Source: Octopus sinensis
Taxonomy: Eukaryota
Direction of reading: 5' to 3'
DNA length: 64,000 nt
NCBI RefSeq assembly: GCF_006345805.1
Contig: NC_043002.1
Coordinates: 87,854,001 to 87,918,000, forward strand
Shown: positions 22,695 through 36,212 of the stretch, piece after piece
Layout: the number at the start of each line of letters is the position of its first letter
How positions within the stretch are numbered: the stretch's first letter is position 1
Notes under the pieces: model-generated
What the model saw: the letters and a program-made list of their open reading frames with translations, nothing else
What the model was told of the DNA's origin: nothing
The model's database searches: none
Program-made: the position numbers and the translations under genes

Positions 22695-23115
22695 AGGCAG
22701 TGAGCTGGCAGAAACGTTAGCACACCGGGCGAAATGCTAAGCGGTATTTCGTCTGCCGCTGCGTTCTGAGTTCAAATTCCGCCGAGGTCGACTTTGTCTT
22801 TCATCCTTTCGGGGTCGATAAATTAAGTACCAGTTACGCACTGGGGGTCGATGTAATCGACTTAATCCGTTTGGATGTCCTTGTTTGTTCCCTCTGTGTG
22901 TAGCCCTTTGTGGGCAGTAAAGAAATAGGTATTTCGTCTGTCTTTACGTTCTGAGTTCAAATTCAGCCGAGTTCAACTTTGCCTTTCATCGTTTCGGGGT
23001 CGATTAAATATGTATAGCTACGCACTGGGGTCGATATAGACTTATTCCCCTGTCTGTACTTGTTGTACTCCCCTGTCTGTCCTGTTTAGCTCCCTGTGGG
23101 CAATAAAGAAATAAG
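22695..23115 (+). mobile_element. SINE family A dimer
   Basis: Head plus two body units. Confidence 0.9.
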
Positions 23116-23199
23116 TATTTTGTTCAAATATTTCTTGTCTTTCATCCATTGACCTTTTCGCCGTAGGACTTTTTTTTTCAGCCCAGAATACTTTGTTTT

Positions 23200-24185
23200 A
23201 TTTCTAATGGAATGAATGTGTATTACATTTCTTTATTTTTCCGATTCAGTTGTCTGTCGTTAATCTTTCCATTTTCGCATAAACTGTATAAATTATTTAT
23301 GTATTTTTTGAATTGTCTGTTTCTTGAAGCTTTCGATAAGATATATAATTTACGTTTTTTTTTTTTATGGTGGGGTTTTTTGTATAAATTTTTTTGTCCT
23401 GAAATTTTTATTTGGCTACACTGTTGGTTCTTTTTTTCATTTTTCTTCAATTAATCTGTTTCTGTGTTTATATATTCAAAAAAGTGGCTGGCTATATATA
23501 TTTATCAAATATTTTTTTTATTATTTGTCTTAACTTCATTATTCTCATTCTATGGTAACTGTTGAATAATATATTCACTCTATATACGTTGTATCTGATT
23601 ATCTGAATCTGAATTACCAACGATTTCTTATAATGTTTTATTATTTTCCTATTAATATGTACTTCCGAGTGTTTGTGTGTTCTTATTTTGGGCAAATGTA
23701 CTTTATTTTCACTTAGTACATTTTGTTTCTTCTTCAAATATTAAATAGGTTTCTCTTAAGCTTTCGAAACTATTGTAATGTCTGATTTTTATGTTTTGCA
23801 ATATTTCTAATATTTCTAAACCGTGTGGAATTGATTGCAGATGTCAATAAAGTTTAATCCATTTATTAATAAATTGTATACTTAATTCGTATATTTCATT
23901 GGTATCGTTACATGCTGTGATCTGAATATTTTATTTAACGAATATTAGTTGTAATTCTGGAAGAACATTAACATCCACTTTACTATTGGCTTGTCATGCA
24001 GCTGGCACCTCTTGGGTATTTTCACCATATATCACCTTTTTTATGATGTCATGATTTAAATATATTTTATGATTATATTATTTTGTTTTAATCATAACAC
24101 TGTAGGTATGCTGAGATATCGACTGCCAGAATTGTCATCGAATCTATTAGCTTCATATCATATCAGCTGGTATATGTTGTACATC
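23200..24185 (-). mobile_element. Possible very old PLE reverse-transcriptase remnant
   Basis: A-rich minus strand with LYKKP and SIPHGLE-like fragments; many stops. Confidence 0.3.
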
Positions 24186-24274
24186 TTAATCATCTAGGAC
24201 ATTTAAATTGGTGTATCTTAACTCGAGTGCATTTTTATCAACTGATAGGTAAATAACAACAATAACAATAACGA

Positions 24275-24477
24275 TCCTTTCTACTATAGGCACAAGACCT
24301 GAAATTTTGAGAAAGGGGGGATAGTCGATTACATTGAACTCAGAACGTAAGGACAGACTAAATACCGCCAAGCATTTTACCCGGCGTGCTAACAATTCTG
24401 CCAGCTCGCCCCCTTAATAATAATAAGAATATTATTAATAATAATAATAATAATAATAATAATTTAATAATAATAAT

Positions 24478-24509
<32 letters not shown>

Positions 24510-24645
24510 ATTTAATAATAATAATAATTTAATAATAATAATAATAATAATAATAATTTAATAATAATAATAATAATATAATAATAATTTAATAATAATA
24601 ATAATAATAATAATATAATAATAATAATAATTTAATAATAATTTA
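24275..24645 (-). repeat. SINE family A fragment followed by (AAT)n microsatellite
   Basis: Antisense SINE head to ~24414; AAT tract 24415-24645. Confidence 0.85.
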
Positions 24646-24715
24646 AAAGGATTGACGTAACTTTTCACAAAGGTAAACAGACAATACGAAGAGTGTGATG
24701 CGATTGCAATAGGTA

Positions 24716-25385
24716 TTTTATTGGTTGAACGATTTTTCGACAGCTAGCCTATCTTTGTCGAGTTCAAAATGGAAAGTGATAAAAATTCAAAACTGTAGAA
24801 ACTCAAATCCAAAATATGAACAAGGGTAACCAGCGTCAGCACGCTGATGGAATGACAACATCAGTCTTCAAATTTCAAGTTTAGAACTGGCAAAAAGAAA
24901 AAGAATGGGGGGGGGGGAAGAGAAAAAAAACCCTTTTCAAAATTGCATCAAACGGCTGCAATTTTGAAAAAGACTTGAAAGTGCATATTCTCAGAAAATA
25001 TTCTGATTCTGCTACACTTTCAATTCTCAAAATGTATGAGGAGAAATATGTTTGCGGCTTATTAATATCATGTCTTGAAGGAATGAAGACAATGACAGGA
25101 AAATTTCATCATATTTACAAAAAACTGTTTGATTAAATATTCTTTTTCTTTTTTCCTTTCTTTTTACTTTTCTCTTCTTTCTTCTCTTTTTTCTTTCTTT
25201 TTCTTTTTGCCAGTTGTAAACTTGAAATATGAAGACTGACGGTGTCATTCCATCAACGTTGGGACGATGATTGCCATCTTTCATATTTTGGATTTGACTC
25301 TGCATTAATTTTGAATTTTTATCACTTTTCATTTTGAACTCGAGAAAGACAGACTAGCTGTCGAAATATCGTTCAACCAATAAAA
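24716..25385. mobile_element. Old MITE/foldback element with ~190-bp imperfect TIRs
   Basis: ttttattggttgaacgat...ctggcaaaaagaaa is inverted at 25195-25385. Confidence 0.85.
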
Positions 25386-25459
25386 GCTCATCGGAGGTCC
25401 ATTACATTATTGTGTGTGTGTGTGCATACCTATCCGTCTATCAACACATAGAGATACAA

Positions 25460-25892
25460 AGGTGGTGAGCTGGCAGAATCGTTAGGACGCCTGACATAAT
25501 GCTTAGCGACATTTCGTCCGTCTTCATGTTATAAGTTCAAATTCCTCTGAGGTCGACTTTGCCTTTCATTCTTTCCGGGTCGCTAAAAATAAATACCATT
25601 TGAACATTAGAATCTATCTAATGGACTTAGCCCCTCCCCGATATTGCTGGCCTTGCGCCAAAATTTGAAATCGATATATACAGACCTAGAGACAAAGAGC
25701 TGGCAAGATGGTTAGCATGCCGGGCATTTCTTTCGTCTTTACCTTCTGTGTTCAAACGCCGCCGAGATCGGCTTTGTCTTTCATCTTTTCAGAGTCAATA
25801 AAATAAGTACCAGTTAAACACTGGATTTGATGTTATCTTGTTTCCCCCTCCACCGAAATTGCCGGCCTTGTACCAACATTTGAAACCAATAT
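25460..25892 (+). mobile_element. Two diverged SINE family A copies
   Basis: gagctggcagaatcgtta head; gtcgactttgcctttcat body. Confidence 0.8.
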
Positions 25893-27260
25893 ATACAAGT
25901 ACATGTTTTTTATGTGTGTAGATTATTAGTCTATGTAAATGTCCACTCGTCTTTGTCACCCGCTTAATTCCTGGAAGTGTTATGGGGGAAGAGACATTGA
26001 TCCCCTCTTCCACTGGCTCCCGTCACAATCAACCGTCTCCAAATGATCCAGCTGGAACCCGAAAAGAGACTGACCGAGCTCAATGAGGATATCCAAAGAA
26101 TTTGCTCGTGGTCTACCCCTGGGTTACCTGTCAGTTGCTTTTGCACGTAAAATCTGTTCATCGATTCTTTCCTGGTGCATTCTTACCACATTTCCGTAGT
26201 ATAGGAGCTGTGATCTCCAAATTCAGTGAAGGAGAGACACCACCTAGAAGACCTCTCTGATTTTCTGCCTAAGCACACAATAGAGCAACGTATCTCCAAA
26301 GACTCTTCGGAAGAACCCCATTTCGGCCGTTTGTAGTCACGATCGTATTTATTCGATTATTACCCAAGCGAATCAGATCCTAAAAGACATATGAGCAAAG
26401 CCAACATCTTAGCCACACAGCCATGACTGTATATCTCCTGCACTATTGATATAGCCCTTATATATCATGAATATATATCTCAGCTCAATATACGTAACTT
26501 GGGTGATGATATAAACAAATACAATGATCTTTTTTTATTATGAGCTTAAGCTATCATGTCACTCGTTTGTTTTATGAATAAAAATCGAAGTATCCAGCGG
26601 GGTGGGTTGATTACATCTTAGATTTTTCCTTCTACAATCATCATTTACTGTTACGTTCCTAATTGCACAGAGCACAGTGAAAACATATAACGAGATATTT
26701 AACCTTCAGTATCAAATTCCCATTTATTAAAATATTTATGAACCTATTTCTGTTGAGGACTACCCATTGCGTGCTTGCCTATCGTATCTATCCTTATTTG
26801 CATTTTATGTAATCCATTCATTATCTTTATTATCTCCATTAAATCAATGCTATGCACTGTGTTAATAAATAATAGTTCTCACCCTGGTAACCTTTCTACA
26901 AAGCGGCAACAGATAAAGGAGTGTGAATAATTTACTTAACACGTTTCATTGCGCTGTGCTAGGAATATTCTGACATTTTTATACAGAACCGCAGAAAGTT
27001 AGATAACTATAATCATTTTAATCTCTGTTTTCGTTTTAATCATCTTATTTTTCATTATCGGTTTTCGTCGCCGTCTTTTTAATGCTTGTCTTTATTTTTT
27101 TCATGCTGGTTTGTTTTTCTATACTGGTATGTGTTGGATGAATGGATTGATTTGCTGTATATCATATTACCACATCACTTGATTCATCATAATCTGGTTC
27201 ATGTTACACAGCACTAACTTGAGATGTCAACACATAACACTTTTCGCTCAACTTCATCAC

Positions 27261-27556
27261 CAGAGGCGGACTGGCCAGATTGCCAGCTTGCCCGATGGCA
27301 AGTGGGCTCGTGCACCATTAGAATCCATATATGGGGACCCATGTTAGTATCTAAGGGGCCCATCCCCTCAAGTTTGAGAATGTTTTATTCACTCCTGGAA
27401 GAATGCATTAATTATTTCAGCCTGGCTGTATCTGTAGACACTTGAAAAGTATACTTTTAACAAAAAAATAATGAGAAATAAATGATAGTATTGTAGTTGC
27501 GGGTGGGCCCCCTTAGTCTCCTGGCAACCAATATTTTTAGACCCAGTCCGCCACAG
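27261..27556. mobile_element. hAT-type MITE
   Basis: TIR cagaggcggactgg / ccagtccgccacag; 8-bp TSD ttcatcac/ttcatcgc. Confidence 0.8.
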
Positions 27557-28129
27557 TTCATCGCTATTCACATCACATTTTCAATAACAAGGTTGTTATC
27601 TCACCTGCACAGGTCAGACTATAGCTTTAATTGAAGTTGCTCTTTTAGGCTCAGGTAAATAAACATAGCACATCCAGTGTATCGCACTTAATTTATAGAT
27701 CTCCACTTTTATCAGATCCTGTACATTTCATTCCTGCTTCTTACCATTATACATCACCAACTATCTATGTTTCACGTATTCTTTCTTTCACGGAGCACTG
27801 GCAAATTATGAAATGTAGATAACAACAAATTTTCTAGATTGCTACTATTTCTATAAACTGTTGAATACATTTGTTCATCTATCACACCTGAAAACTTTTA
27901 TATTTGCTCGTCTGCTTAAGATTACATTGGGCGACATATGAACATATCACAAAGTATCAGGCTGATGTGCGTTAATGACAACATTATGGGTAAATATCAA
28001 CTGTTCCAGAATATAATAATTGCGCTATCTTTTATTACAGGACGTAAACAGACCACCAGTCGTGAAGCAGTAATGGGGAACAAGCGCAAACACAAAGACA
28101 AGAACACACACACACACACACACCACACA

Positions 28130-28185
<56 letters not shown>

Positions 28186-28424
28186 AACACACAAACACAC
28201 ACACACATATACACACTAGCCCAAGAAATGTTGGCTATGTGCATGTCGGCTGCTTAAAATCTTACTTGTTTAAAATTTTACCTGATGATCGACGATAATA
28301 GTTTACGATGTAATCTTTTACGTTAAATAAAATCCTATCGAAACAGCTGTAAATTATAAACGCCACTCGTATTTACTAATTTATACATACATACAAACAA
28401 GTATATATGTATGTGTTTGTGAGC

Positions 28425-28596
28425 ACACGATGGGATTCATTTAGTTTCCGTCTACTAAATCCATTCACAAGGCTTTGATCAGCCCGTGGCTATAGTATAA
28501 AACACTTGCCCTAGGTTCCACGCAGTGGGAGTGAACCAATGTGGTTCACTGAAACAATGTGGTTGGGAAGCGAACTACTTACCACAGAGCCACACA
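28425..28596 (-). mobile_element. SINE family B 5' part
   Basis: agtttccgtctactaaatccattcacaaggcttt...cttaccacagagccac. Confidence 0.8.
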
Positions 28597-29019
28597 GAAC
28601 GCAACAAAACACGTCGAAATTTTCGAATGCATTGTTTCTTTGTTCCCATATGAGATAACACACTCTTAAACCTAGATATATGAATTTCTCTATGCATCGA
28701 GTTCCAGAAACAGAATACCAAGTGGCTTAACATTTACAAGTTTTAAATGGTTATTCGTATCAATGATATCAGTATTTTCATTTGCACAACAATATATCTA
28801 GTGCTGGCGCAAAGGTTGGAATTTTAGGGGATGTTGTGTCCAATTAAAATTGTTATCGGTGGTTGACTAGAGTATAAGTCACCGAATTCTAAAAGATTGA
28901 ACCACAAAGTCGACTTCGATATGATCTGCATTCAAAACATAATGGAAATTAAATAAATACATCAGGATATTTTGATGTTGTACCTATTTCTGTAGAATAC
29001 CAAACCACATTCTTTTATT

Positions 29020-29210
29020 ATTTTTTTACTTGTTTCAGTCATTTAACTGCGCCCATTCTGGAAGTTTTAGTCGAACAAATTGGCCCCAGGAATTTTTTTT
29101 AAATCCTACTACTCATTATATCGGTCTCTTTAGTTGAAACGCTAATTTACGTGGACATAAACACACCAATGCCGGTTGTCAAGCGGTGATGGGGGAGAAA
29201 TACAGACACA
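29020..29210 (-). mobile_element. SINE family B 3' part
   Basis: ttttacttgtttcagtcattt...ggttgtcaagcg. Confidence 0.75.
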
Positions 29211-29280
29211 AAGCCGCACACACATATATAGATGTATACATACACATACACACACATACACTCATATATATATATATATA

Positions 29281-29450
29281 TCTGTAAATATAATATGTGA
29301 CAATTATTCGGTAGCCATGATAAAACTCCGAGTTTCGGATGTCGGGGCGGAAACCCACGCCGGCATCTCTTCCGTTATCGGGCCATTAAAAAAATGCTAT
29401 GAAAATGACCGTTAAACAAAGGGAAATTACTGTGTGATTGACCGTTATTA
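29281..29450 (-). mobile_element. HHR-like element of the 8864/12399 family
   Basis: Minus strand GATAA-CGGAAGA-GATG...CATCC-GAAA-CTCGGAG-TT-TTATC (29319-29379); abuts (TA)n. Confidence 0.7.
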
Positions 29451-30499
29451 AGACAAAAGAGCTATTAGTATGACTGCTAAGTAGGGGGAGGGAGTAAAGT
29501 TAAGGGAGTAAAAATGTTCATAGCAATTGCGTAAGCGCGCATGTCCATACATACAAGTGCCTATCTGTATACACTCATCCACCCTCACTTGAAACACACA
29601 TTCGCCAAAAAAATATATATACCCCCATACACGATCGCACACACACACGCATGCACAAAAAAGTTCCTACACACGTCTATATACGCACTCGCACAAGAAA
29701 AAACAGGGCCAAAGGCAAAATACAGAAAAATGTGTAAAAAAAGTGTAAAAAATAAGCAATAAGAATAAAAAATAAAGGTGTAAAATAAAATAAAGGTGTA
29801 AATATTCGCATGGCGAACGCGTATGAGCGCATGTCCATACATAGACATGCGCGTACGCACACCTACATACATATGTCTATGTGCATATGCTTGTCCACGC
29901 TCGATTGAAACCCACACGCGATTCTTTTGGTCAGTGACACGCTCAGCCAATTTCGAGGAGCGGGTTTAGTTAACTGAATCAAGCTTGAACACACATTTAC
30001 ACACACACACACAAACACGCGCGCACGCACACACACACGCGCATACACACACACACACGCACAGACACACTTACACACGCACACACACGCTCACACAAAC
30101 GCTCACACACGTGCACACGTACACACACACGCACACACACACACATATACAGGTAGTGTTTGTGTGTGTGTGTGTGTGTGTGCGCGCGCGCGTGTATATG
30201 TGTGTGTGTGTGTGTGTGCGTGTGTGTGTGTGTGTTTGTGTGTATGTGTGCGTGTGTGTATGTGAGTGTGTGTGTGTGTAAGTGTGTGTTCAAACTTGAT
30301 TCTATCAACACAACCAAACATTGGCTTCAATACACTGACGCAATTGTAAGGCATCATCTCATTAATAAAAGTAATGTCGACTCTGTATGTTTCACCTATA
30401 GAGTACATTTTTGAACTATGGCCTACTCTTTCCCTGACCAAGACATACAACGCATAGGTATGAATGTATGTATGTATATATGTATGTATATATGCATGC

Positions 30500-30542
<43 letters not shown>

Positions 30543-30822
30543 AATGCAAGTATATATGTAGGTATGTATGTATGCATGCATGTGTATATGTTCCTGCGCA
30601 CACAAACACAAATACACATATGTACATATTTATTAGAGTTGTAGTTGTATGAATCATTGTCTGATATAAATACGTACATTCACACACACACACACACAGA
30701 GAATTCAGCTCATATAAAAAACAAACGCAATATCTCTGACGATCAAACCACGAAATATAATAATCGACTTGTATTATTTCTTATAACTCGCACTGTTTTG
30801 GCTTTAAAAATTAATTAAAACT

Positions 30823-30876
<54 letters not shown>

Positions 30877-30879
30877 TGG

Positions 30880-30952
<73 letters not shown>

Positions 30953-30955
30953 TGG

Positions 30956-30991
<36 letters not shown>

Positions 30992-31004
30992 CAGACAGAC
31001 TGAT

Positions 31005-31058
<54 letters not shown>

Positions 31059-31064
31059 GTAGGT
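30823..31064. repeat. (GATA)n/(GACA)n microsatellite
   Basis: Tetranucleotide tract. Confidence 0.95.
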
Positions 31065-31221
31065 AGGCGTGGGTGTGTGGTAAGAAGTTTGCTCCCCAAC
31101 CAGATGGTTCCGGGTTCAGTTTGACTGCGAGGCACCTTGGGCGAGTGTCTTCCACTATGGCTTCGGACTGGCCAAAGCCTTGTGTGTGGATTTGTTTGAC
31201 AGAAACTGAAAGAAGCCAGTC

Positions 31222-31289
<68 letters not shown>

Positions 31290-31490
31290 ATGGGTGTTTG
31301 TCCCTCACCACCGCTTAACTACCGGAGCTGGTGTATTTACGCTCCCGTAACTTAGCGGATGGCTAAAAGAGACCGATACAGTAAGTACCAGGCTTGTAAA
31401 AAGTAAGTACTGGGGTCGATACATTGGCTGAAAATTTTTTCGAGGCGGTGCCCCAGCATAGCTGCAGTTAACTGAAACAAGTAAAAGATA
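31065..31490 (+). mobile_element. SINE family B
   Basis: Head, internal (TG)n and tail present. Confidence 0.88.
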
Positions 31491-31654
31491 AATATATATA
31501 TATATATATATATATAATGTGTTTGCGAATGTGCGTGTGTATGTATGTATGTATGTATCTCTGTAACTATACATATGTCTTAGCTGACTGATTCTATATA
31601 TGCGTGTGCGTGTATTTTGCCATTTTGCCATTTATTTATGTGCATAATTATTAT

Positions 31655-32228
31655 GCAGCAAGCTGGCAGAATCGTTAGCACGCCGGGCGAAATGCTTAGC
31701 GGTATTTCGTCCGCTGCTACGTTCTGAGTTCAAATTCCACCGAGGTCGATTTTGCCTTTCATCTTTTCGGGGTCGATTAAATAAGTACCAGTTACGCACT
31801 GGGGTCGATATAATCGACTTAATGCGTTTGTCAGTCATTGTGAGTCCCCTCTGTGTGTAGCCCCTTGTGGGCAGTAAAGAAATAGGTATTTCTTCTGCCG
31901 CTACGTTCTGGGTTCAAATTCCGCCGTGGTCGACTTTGCCTTCCATCCTTTCGGGGTCGATTAAATAAGTACCAGTTACGCACTGGGGTCGATATAATTG
32001 ACTTAATCCGTTTGTCTGTCCTTGTTTGTCCTCTCTGTGTTTAGCCCCTTGTGGGTAGTAAAGAAATAGGTATTTCGTTTGTCTTTATGATCTGAGTTCA
32101 AATTCCATCGAGATCGACTTTGCCTTTTTATCCTTTTGGGGTCGATAAATTAAGTACCAGTGAAAGACTGGGGTCGATGTAATCGACTAGTCCCCTCCCC
32201 AAAATTTCCTTTAGTAGAAAGGATTATT
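31655..32228 (+). mobile_element. SINE family A trimer
   Basis: Head plus three bodies; the last has the alternative cccctcccc tail. Confidence 0.9.
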
Positions 32229-32839
32229 CATGTCAAAGTATCACGGGAGAAATCTACAAGAATATGGGAAGAATACGACTTTTGAAAGGTCAGCCGAATC
32301 ACTCCTACTACACAAGCGATTACGAGTTGAATAAATACAAAGATTAATTACACATGTCAAAGGTCTTAAGTATCTTAAGTATTTATTTGTACAACGTACA
32401 ATTTTATGTTGTCTTTTGTATTCCAGATGGATAATTTGTGTTTGCTTTTTTGTCGCCACCTGTTTATTTCGGCGTCATAAATCTTGGAATTTTTATATAT
32501 AAAATCGGATATTGAATTCTCTGTTAAATTCCCTCCACTTGTCAAACCGTTTACCATAATCCTAAGGCGACGAGATATTTCCGGCCATTTAGAATGTTGC
32601 TTGGTACATTCGGCCGGGTGCATCGCTCCTTACTACACCCTCACATGCACACACACATGCACATACAACACGCACATTCATGCGCACTGACACTCGCACA
32701 TTTGTGTCTATTTATCTGTCTACCGGTCTATCTGTCTGTATGTTTGTCTGTCTATCAACATATCTATCAGGGTGGCTGGCTTTCTGGCTTGTTGGCTTGT
32801 TGGATGGCCAGCTAATTATCTATCTATCTATCTATCTAT

Positions 32840-33134
32840 CTTGCCCAAGGTTCCCGTGGTCTTTTCCATAGGCTTTTCTATCCACGCACAAACCTAATCT
32901 GTTTTCCCTTTTTACATTGACATTTCTGTGATACACGATCCCTACTGATCGGCCCCCCCCCACTTTTTTTTCACGATCCCTTTTGATCGGAATTCCCTCC
33001 TCCCTTTTTTTACACGATCCCTTTTGATCAGAATTCGCCCCTCCCCTTTTCCCCCTTCCCTGCTTCCCAAAAAGAAAAGCTCTACTTTGTATTCTGTCCC
33101 TTCTGTGTTTAGCCCTGAGTGGCCAATAAAGAAA

Positions 33135-33135
<1 letters not shown>
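32840..33135 (+). mobile_element. Probable LINE 3' UTR fragment sharing its tail with SINE A
   Basis: Ends tgtcccttctgtgtttagccctgagtggccaataaagaaat then (CT)n; three cacgatccc..tgatc repeats. Confidence 0.55.
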
Positions 33136-33167
<32 letters not shown>

Positions 33168-35565
33168 CTTATCCTTTTTCTCTATGTGTGTGTGCTTGTG
33201 TGAGTGTGTTTTCGTATATAGATATCCAGATACATATACACAATATAACAGCAACAGTGGAGAATATCACATCTTTATTTGATGACTACACCGTACAGGA
33301 GGGACGATTGTTTTTATTGTGCCAGCATATTTTGATATATAGAAGGATACAATGTACAGAATACCAACCAATTCAATATATCCGAAATCAATATGAACAA
33401 AACGTTATCAAGGGAACCCGTAACAATTTGAATTGCTGATACAAATACACATATATGCATACACACACACACACACCCATGTATGTATGTATATGTAGTG
33501 GGTGTACGTACTTATCAATGACAGGCATTTGTAAGTGTACGTACTTATACATAAGCCAACGCATATACATTGTCTTAAGCTTACAAACGCATGTGTAAAC
33601 ATATATGTTTACACATTCCAACTATTCAGATATCTTCGTAACCATATAAATTAAATGATTTAATCAATAAAGAGAAATAGAATAGTGAAATAAAGATTAT
33701 AAAAAAATACTGATAGAAGAAAACATATAATGATTTGAATTGATTCGTGAAGAATTATAAAATTAGAAAAGTTTGAAATATATATAAGAAATAGAAGAGA
33801 AAAACCATTTTTAATTTGCTACGTGACTTTATTGTCTGTCTTGTGAAAAGTAAGTCGTGCGAACGGGATTCCACAAAGAAAATGATTTTTGGAGTGAGTG
33901 CATTTATTCAATCTAGCTACAAACGAAGACAGTCCAGAATCTCAGACACGAAAGCGATAATCTTCGGTAAATTGTAGTTAGGAAGCAATTTTTTCTGGGC
34001 ATAACTTTTGCAAATATCAAGCATGACATTAAGTCCTACCACTATTCGCGAATTCATGACCCATATTTTCTGGAATAGCACAGTGGACTTTCAAACGCAC
34101 GTTGGATATAATGGAAAAATATCTGCTAAACCTGTTCCAGAAATTTTCTGTTTTGAATTAGCTTCAAGCTTTTTTATTGAGATATTTTGATTTAGAGGAT
34201 AATTCCTTGTTACATCACTTTTTAGATATATTCCAAGTTCTTTTTCATGTAAATAATTAAATGGCAACGAATTTAGTCCATAACATTTAACCCAAATGCT
34301 CCCAAGTTACGAGTAAGGCAGTCTCCAGTTAAAAGAATTCAAGCAATTATAGCTACTGTGGTTGTTACAGGATGGAATTCATTAAAACCAACGACAAACT
34401 TTAAGGCCAATAACTGACAATCGACCAAAACGTAACTGGGATATTTATTTTAGTTATTCTTTTTAGTTTTGTTTTCCAGTCCTTAAAAACTTTTACGAAT
34501 GAATCAAATACATCATCAGTTCGTTGGTAGAATATCCAGTCACAAGGGACTAAATCTCTAAAAGTAACCGCTGGCTTTTTATTAATATTCTATTTGTGAT
34601 GTCACTTTGAACTTCACGAAAGTTCATGCTTGAAATACTGTAAGCTCATCAGGCCATGCCACACCTAAAAACTGCTGAATAAACAGAAATCTCTTCTTTT
34701 TAACACGACTGCTCATAGAATGAAACTAGACATCTCAAACCATTTTGCCTATCGTCTAGATTCTTGTGCTCAGACTACCATCTTGACTTTACTTATGTCT
34801 TTACTTATGTCTTTTGTACTTTGTCTCGTTGTCTGCAATTTGTCTTCCTACTATTAGACTGTTTTTTTTACCATGTTTCTGCTCCATACATTTAAATGTT
34901 CTAATTATATAACATAATATACATTTATTTTACATATAGACACATCCGCTTAGCTAATGTAAGCAAAAAATGTTTTAAATACCGGTATTCATGTGTGTAA
35001 AATTTATATCAATTTACAAATGACACTAAGTACAGAGTCGACACACTCCTAAAAATATTTTAGCCTTATATGGTAAGTAGGCTCCGATATACTAAAATGT
35101 TTCTTTAATCCTTTATTAAGGCGTGTATGAGGTACTTACCAAAGCTGAATTTCAAGTAGTGAAATGTTTACTCTAAATAATTCTTGGGAAATTTATTGTC
35201 CTGTCATCTTCATTAGATTTATGACTTCCTGAGCGAGTAAATAGAGAGACAAGTGATAAGTAACAAAAAAAAAACTGTAGGCATGGAAACGAGAAAGTCT
35301 CAGAAAATCTAAGAAGTGTGGCAGTGTTTAAACATCAAGCAACAGCTACGTTTAAAAGCCTTCGTGCATCTAACTACTTCAACTAATTCCTATGTATGCT
35401 TTACTTTTAGAATTAATGTATTACATTTTTACATTTTATAGGATATATTTTTTAATGGAATAAGCGAGGAAAGTTCTAAGAATTAAACTTGATGTACATT
35501 CAAAGAAATAAATGTTTTATTCCAGTTACTATTTTTTTTCTTCGCAATATTTCATTCAGCTATAT

Positions 35566-36212
35566 AAAGCGGCGAGCTGACAGAATCGTTAGCGCGCTGG
35601 GCGAAATGCTTAGCGGTATTTCGTCTGTCGTTACGTTCTGAGTTCAAATTCCGCCGAGGTCGACTTTGCCTTTCATCCTTTCGGGGTCGATAAATTAAGT
35701 ACCAGTTACGCACTGGGGTTGATGTAATCAACTTATTCCCTTTGTCTGTCCTTGTTTGTCCTCTCTGTGTTTGGCCCCTTGTGGGCAGTAAAGAAATAAA
35801 TATTTCATTCAGCTATATAAAGCGGCGAGCTGGCAGAAACGTTAGCACGCCGGGCGAAATGCTTAACAGTATTTCGTCTGTCTTTACGTTCTAAGTTCAA
35901 ATTCCGCCGAGGTCGACTTTACCTTTCATCCTTTTGGGGTCGATAAATTAAGCACCACTTGTGTACTGGAAGTGATCTAATCGACTCGCCCCTCCCCCAA
36001 AATTTCGGGCCTTGTGCCAAGAGTAGAAAATAATCGTCAGCATACAGGCAAAAAGCTTAACGGCATTTCGAGCTGAGTTCAAATTCCGCCGAGGTCGACT
36101 TCCATTTTTCTTCTTTCGGGGTCGATAAAATAAGTACCAGTTTAGCAATGGATCCGATGTAATTACCTGCTGCGCTGAACTTGCTGGCATTGCTCCAAAA
36201 TTTGAAACCAAT
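35566..36212 (+). mobile_element. Cluster of three SINE family A copies
   Basis: Heads at ~35566 and ~35820, older copy at ~36030. Confidence 0.88.

Noticed and set aside
33860-34430. Possible exon or transposase remnant
   Set aside because: The frames I translated contain stops and I could not recognise any motif.
34610-34655. Minus-strand CTGATGA-GCTT...AAGC
   Set aside because: No GAAA follows stem II and stem I is missing.
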